Source: a virus
Lineage: Duplodnaviria; Caudoviricetes
Reading direction: 5' to 3' (one strand)
DNA: 64,000 nt
Virus record (IMG/VR): IMGVR_UViG_3300035703_000089
Location: 1,168 to 65,167 of that record
Each line of letters starts with the position of its first letter. Position 1 is the first letter of the stretch. The translations under genes were made by a program, and so were the position numbers. The notes under the pieces were generated by a model that had not been told where the DNA came from, made no database searches, and saw nothing but the letters and a program-made list of their open reading frames with translations. This document shows, piece by piece, positions 61,417-64,000 of the stretch.

Positions 61417-62717
61417 TATTTTGTAATATTTAGATTAATAACTGATGCAACTGAAGCAGTTACAGTTATTTTACTTCCTATTGCTATTGTATTACCTAAT
61501 GTATAGGCTACATTATCATCTTGTATAGTTATGGTAGGTGAGTTTAAAACATTTGAAACTGATGTAATAATCATGTTATAAGGTGCATAAAAATCAACTG
61601 TAAGAGCACTTATAAGTTCAACTGTATATTGTATTCCTGCATTTACCCATAAAGAAGTAGATGATTGATATTCAAGTGAAGATCCACCTGTTGGGTTATT
61701 AATATAAACATTGTGTAGTTCATCTAACTCCCAACCATTCATTATTTTTACATATATTTTACCATGATTAGAATGAGCATATTCAACATAACCAACTACT
61801 ACTATATGACCTGTTGAGCCATTAGGTTTTATTTTAGTTATTGCACCAGGAGTTGTAGGACTTAAATATAATACATCACCATCGGCCCATGTTTCACCTT
61901 GTAATGAGCCTGTAGTGTTAATATCTTCTAACTGACCTACAGTCATAATAAAACCTTCTTGGTTAGAAGCAATAGTTTCTATTACAATTCCTAATGTATC
62001 TGCACTATTATTATCATTATTTGCCTGTGCTAATCCAACTGCTAATCTTTGACCTTGCGCTCCTGTAACCTTAACAACTTGATATGCTGCCTTAGTTAAT
62101 GTTGTATTTGGAGTTACTTTATTAACTACTCTTGCAACCAAATCAATACCATTTTTTAATGTAACACTACCTCCTTTTAAACCAGTATCTACAGTTCCAT
62201 TTGTGTTATTCCAATTCATTCTACCAACAGTATTAGTAACTACTGCATTTGTATTAAATTCTACATAGTCAGTAACTATTTCATTACCGTCATTAGAATC
62301 TATAATGTAAAATGTATTTAAATTTGACCAGTTAACTGCTTTAATTGTTATAGAGTATATTAAAGCAACGGAAGGATCTGTGTATATGCCAGATGCAATA
62401 TAAGCACCAGTTGTTGTATTTAAAGAAACTGTAACTGTATCTTCACTAGATGTTAACGGCGTTTCAAAAGTCGGCTTATTTGAGCCATCAATTTTTGAAA
62501 GTATAGCGTTACCCGATAACCCAAATTCCCCCGAGTTGAAAGTTGACGTTGCAGGCGGAGTGATGGTGCCGCTTGTTCCTGAGATAATCTCGTAATATGT
62601 GACTTTATATTCATTATTTTCTAAGTTTGTAACTCTAGCATCTAAGCCAGCAGGAGATGATCCTAAATCTGGACTAGCACTAAATAATCTATATTTATAT
62701 TTTAAGAAACTACTCAT
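61416..62717 (-). CDS. tail fibre-like protein
   Basis: GDVLYLSPTTPG and ELDELHNV motifs; Thr/Ser-rich. Confidence 0.7.
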   Translation of the reverse strand: MSSFLKYKYRLFSASPDLGSSPAGLDARVTNLENNEYKVTYYEIISGTSGTITPPATSTFNSGEFGLSGNAILSKIDGSNKPTFETPLTSSEDTVTVSLNTTTGAYIASGIYTDPSVALIYSITIKAVNWSNLNTFYIIDSNDGNEIVTDYVEFNTNAVVTNTVGRMNWNNTNGTVDTGLKGGSVTLKNGIDLVARVVNKVTPNTTLTKAAYQVVKVTGAQGQRLAVGLAQANNDNNSADTLGIVIETIASNQEGFIMTVGQLEDINTTGSLQGETWADGDVLYLSPTTPGAITKIKPNGSTGHIVVVGYVEYAHSNHGKIYVKIMNGWELDELHNVYINNPTGGSSLEYQSSTSLWVNAGIQYTVELISALTVDFYAPYNMIITSVSNVLNSPTITIQDDNVAYTLGNTIAIGSKITVTASVASVINLNITK

Positions 62718-62735
62718 TACAAAAATAATTTATAA

Positions 62736-63092
62736 TTATTTGTAATATTGTATATATAATATTGCTGAGTTACCAGACGTAGCTATTACTCTAAAATTTT
62801 GTAAATTTTCTCTTGAAGAAATGTCAAACAAATCAAGATGAGATAATCCCATTCCATCAGCATCTGCTGGAGCAACTACATCTCCTAGTAATAAATACCT
62901 TGCAATAATTCCAGTTGATCCAGCTTTTTCTACTCTTATTTCAGCATAATTTGCATCATCTGGTACAGAAAGTAAAGATGTTGCGCTATCAGTAATTGCT
63001 AAAGGTTCATAACCTATAGCTATTTTTTCTTTTTTAGTAAACTTTAATAAGTCTAATAATATACTTTTTGTTTGATCTGAATTAAATGGCAT
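62736..63092 (-). CDS. hypothetical structural protein
   Basis: Beta-rich ORF in the virion arm. Confidence 0.65.
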   Translation of the reverse strand: MPFNSDQTKSILLDLLKFTKKEKIAIGYEPLAITDSATSLLSVPDDANYAEIRVEKAGSTGIIARYLLLGDVVAPADADGMGLSHLDLFDISSRENLQNFRVIATSGNSAILYIQYYK

Positions 63093-63115
63093 TTTATTTA
63101 AGTTTTATTTTATTA

Positions 63116-63421
63116 TTAATTATCTGTGCAATCACACTTACCACAAATATCTTTAGCATTTTGTACAATTATAGCAAATTGCTCAGTTGTTAAACAATTT
63201 ATAGTATCTAAACTTTCAGGAATTTCTCCAGAAATTGGATTAGATAAGTTATAAGAAGTTAATTCCTTAATAAATGAATTAAGCAGTATTAATTTAATAC
63301 TATCATCGCACGCTCCATTTACCAAGTTTTTACCAATATCTATTGATAAACTTGCAGAGCAACATTTAAGTTTTGTTATTAAAAAATTTAATTCTTCTTG
63401 AGTCATTGTTAAACTTGCCAT
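63116..63421 (-). CDS. Cys-rich structural protein
   Basis: NCLTTEQ...ICGKCDC C-terminus. Confidence 0.65.
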   Translation of the reverse strand: MASLTMTQEELNFLITKLKCCSASLSIDIGKNLVNGACDDSIKLILLNSFIKELTSYNLSNPISGEIPESLDTINCLTTEQFAIIVQNAKDICGKCDCTDN

Positions 63422-63912
63422 ATACTGTGCAATACTGCCGAACTTATAGTTGCTGTAGAACTTGTTGTATTTATAACTAAACCAACTACATCTGTATTTG
63501 CAAATGTAATTAAACCAGTTTTAAAATGAAGTTGATCAAATCCTGCAAAATCAACTCTTCTTGATGGGCCAACTTGTGAACCATTTTTTGTAAAATAAAA
63601 AGTACAATTATGACCAGCTTCTGCATCTATGTTCATATCTAGCCATAACAAATAAGTTCTATTAGTTGAATCTTTAAATAAGTTAGTTTCAAGTCCTGTA
63701 AAAGTATTAACACCTAAAGTTAAATCTCCGCTTAATTCTATTGGAGCAGAAGTAGATTGGAATATAATCCTTTCTTGAGATCCTGCAGGGCCTGGATCAC
63801 CTTGTGGGCCTTGAGGGCCTGTAGGGCCAGCTGGGCCAATAGGGCCTTGAGCACCTGTTGCACCTGTTGGTATTAAGCCATTATTTATTTCATCATTACA
63901 AGCTGTACACAT
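63409..63912 (-). CDS. collagen-repeat protein
   Basis: About nine G-X-Y triplets followed by a beta-sandwich-like domain. Confidence 0.8.
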   Translation of the reverse strand: MCTACNDEINNGLIPTGATGAQGPIGPAGPTGPQGPQGDPGPAGSQERIIFQSTSAPIELSGDLTLGVNTFTGLETNLFKDSTNRTYLLWLDMNIDAEAGHNCTFYFTKNGSQVGPSRRVDFAGFDQLHFKTGLITFANTDVVGLVINTTSSTATISSAVLHSIWQV

Positions 63913-63933
63913 TTTAATATTGTTTTATATATA

Positions 63934-63964
63934 TTAATATAACGTTTTTTTTAATTATCTGCAA
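63934..63964 (-). promoter_or_regulatory. putative promoter TTGCA-N18-TATATTAA
   Basis: Exact motif upstream of the collagen-repeat gene. Confidence 0.65.
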
Positions 63965-64000
63965 GTTTTACAACCAGTATTTGAACATAACTTATCCAAA
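63955..64000 (-). CDS. 3' end of an upstream Cys-rich gene (truncated by the window)
   Basis: Reads ...LDKLCSNTGCKTCR followed by a stop. Confidence 0.5.
   Translation of the reverse strand, partial: LDKLCSNTGCKTCR

Noticed and set aside
58173-62717. Diversity-generating retroelement or invertible cassette acting on fibre genes
   Set aside because: No reverse transcriptase, recombinase or TR/VR repeat pair is visible in the window.
1-64000. Stop-codon reassignment as seen in some crAss-like phages
   Set aside because: Code 11 gives dense, full-length genes; TAG and TGA end genes at sensible places (for example 25772 and 267); no suppressor tRNA was seen.
1-64000. CRISPR arrays, tRNAs, rRNA, integrase
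   Set aside because: No spaced direct repeats or cloverleaf-like sequence were noticed; intergenic space is minimal and the structured non-coding segments are explained by introns and terminators.

Overview
AT-rich fragment of a crAss-like (Crassvirales-type) podophage genome, read in standard code 11. The host is probably Bacteroidota (Flavobacteria-like), judging by the absence of Shine-Dalgarno sites and the TTG...TAnnTT promoters. The plus-strand arm (1-25.8 kb) carries small early genes, a spore-photoproduct-lyase-like radical SAM enzyme and a six-gene peptide/amide ligase cluster (ATP-grasp, GNAT-like, two COOH-NH2 ligases, two class II glutamine amidotransferases). It continues with replication genes (DnaB-like helicase, AAA ATPase, SSB, primase, nucleases), a class II ribonucleotide reductase and an H1-like protein. 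Three group I introns with homing endonucleases split the helicase (one) and nrdJ (two); their splice sites can be deduced from the sequence. A bidirectional terminator separates this arm from the minus-strand virion arm. That arm encodes cargo proteins, a 5209-aa multidomain virion RNA polymerase (ART-like, RNAP, zincin, SLOG and Dda/RecD helicase domains), tail proteins, a lysis cassette and fibre genes. Less obvious signals are a shared TTGCA-N18-TATATTAA promoter, apparent avoidance of GGWCC, repeated [YF]xxGG and VDxSP motifs in virion proteins, and a possible overprinted ORF. All calls come from motif recognition by eye; no searches were run.
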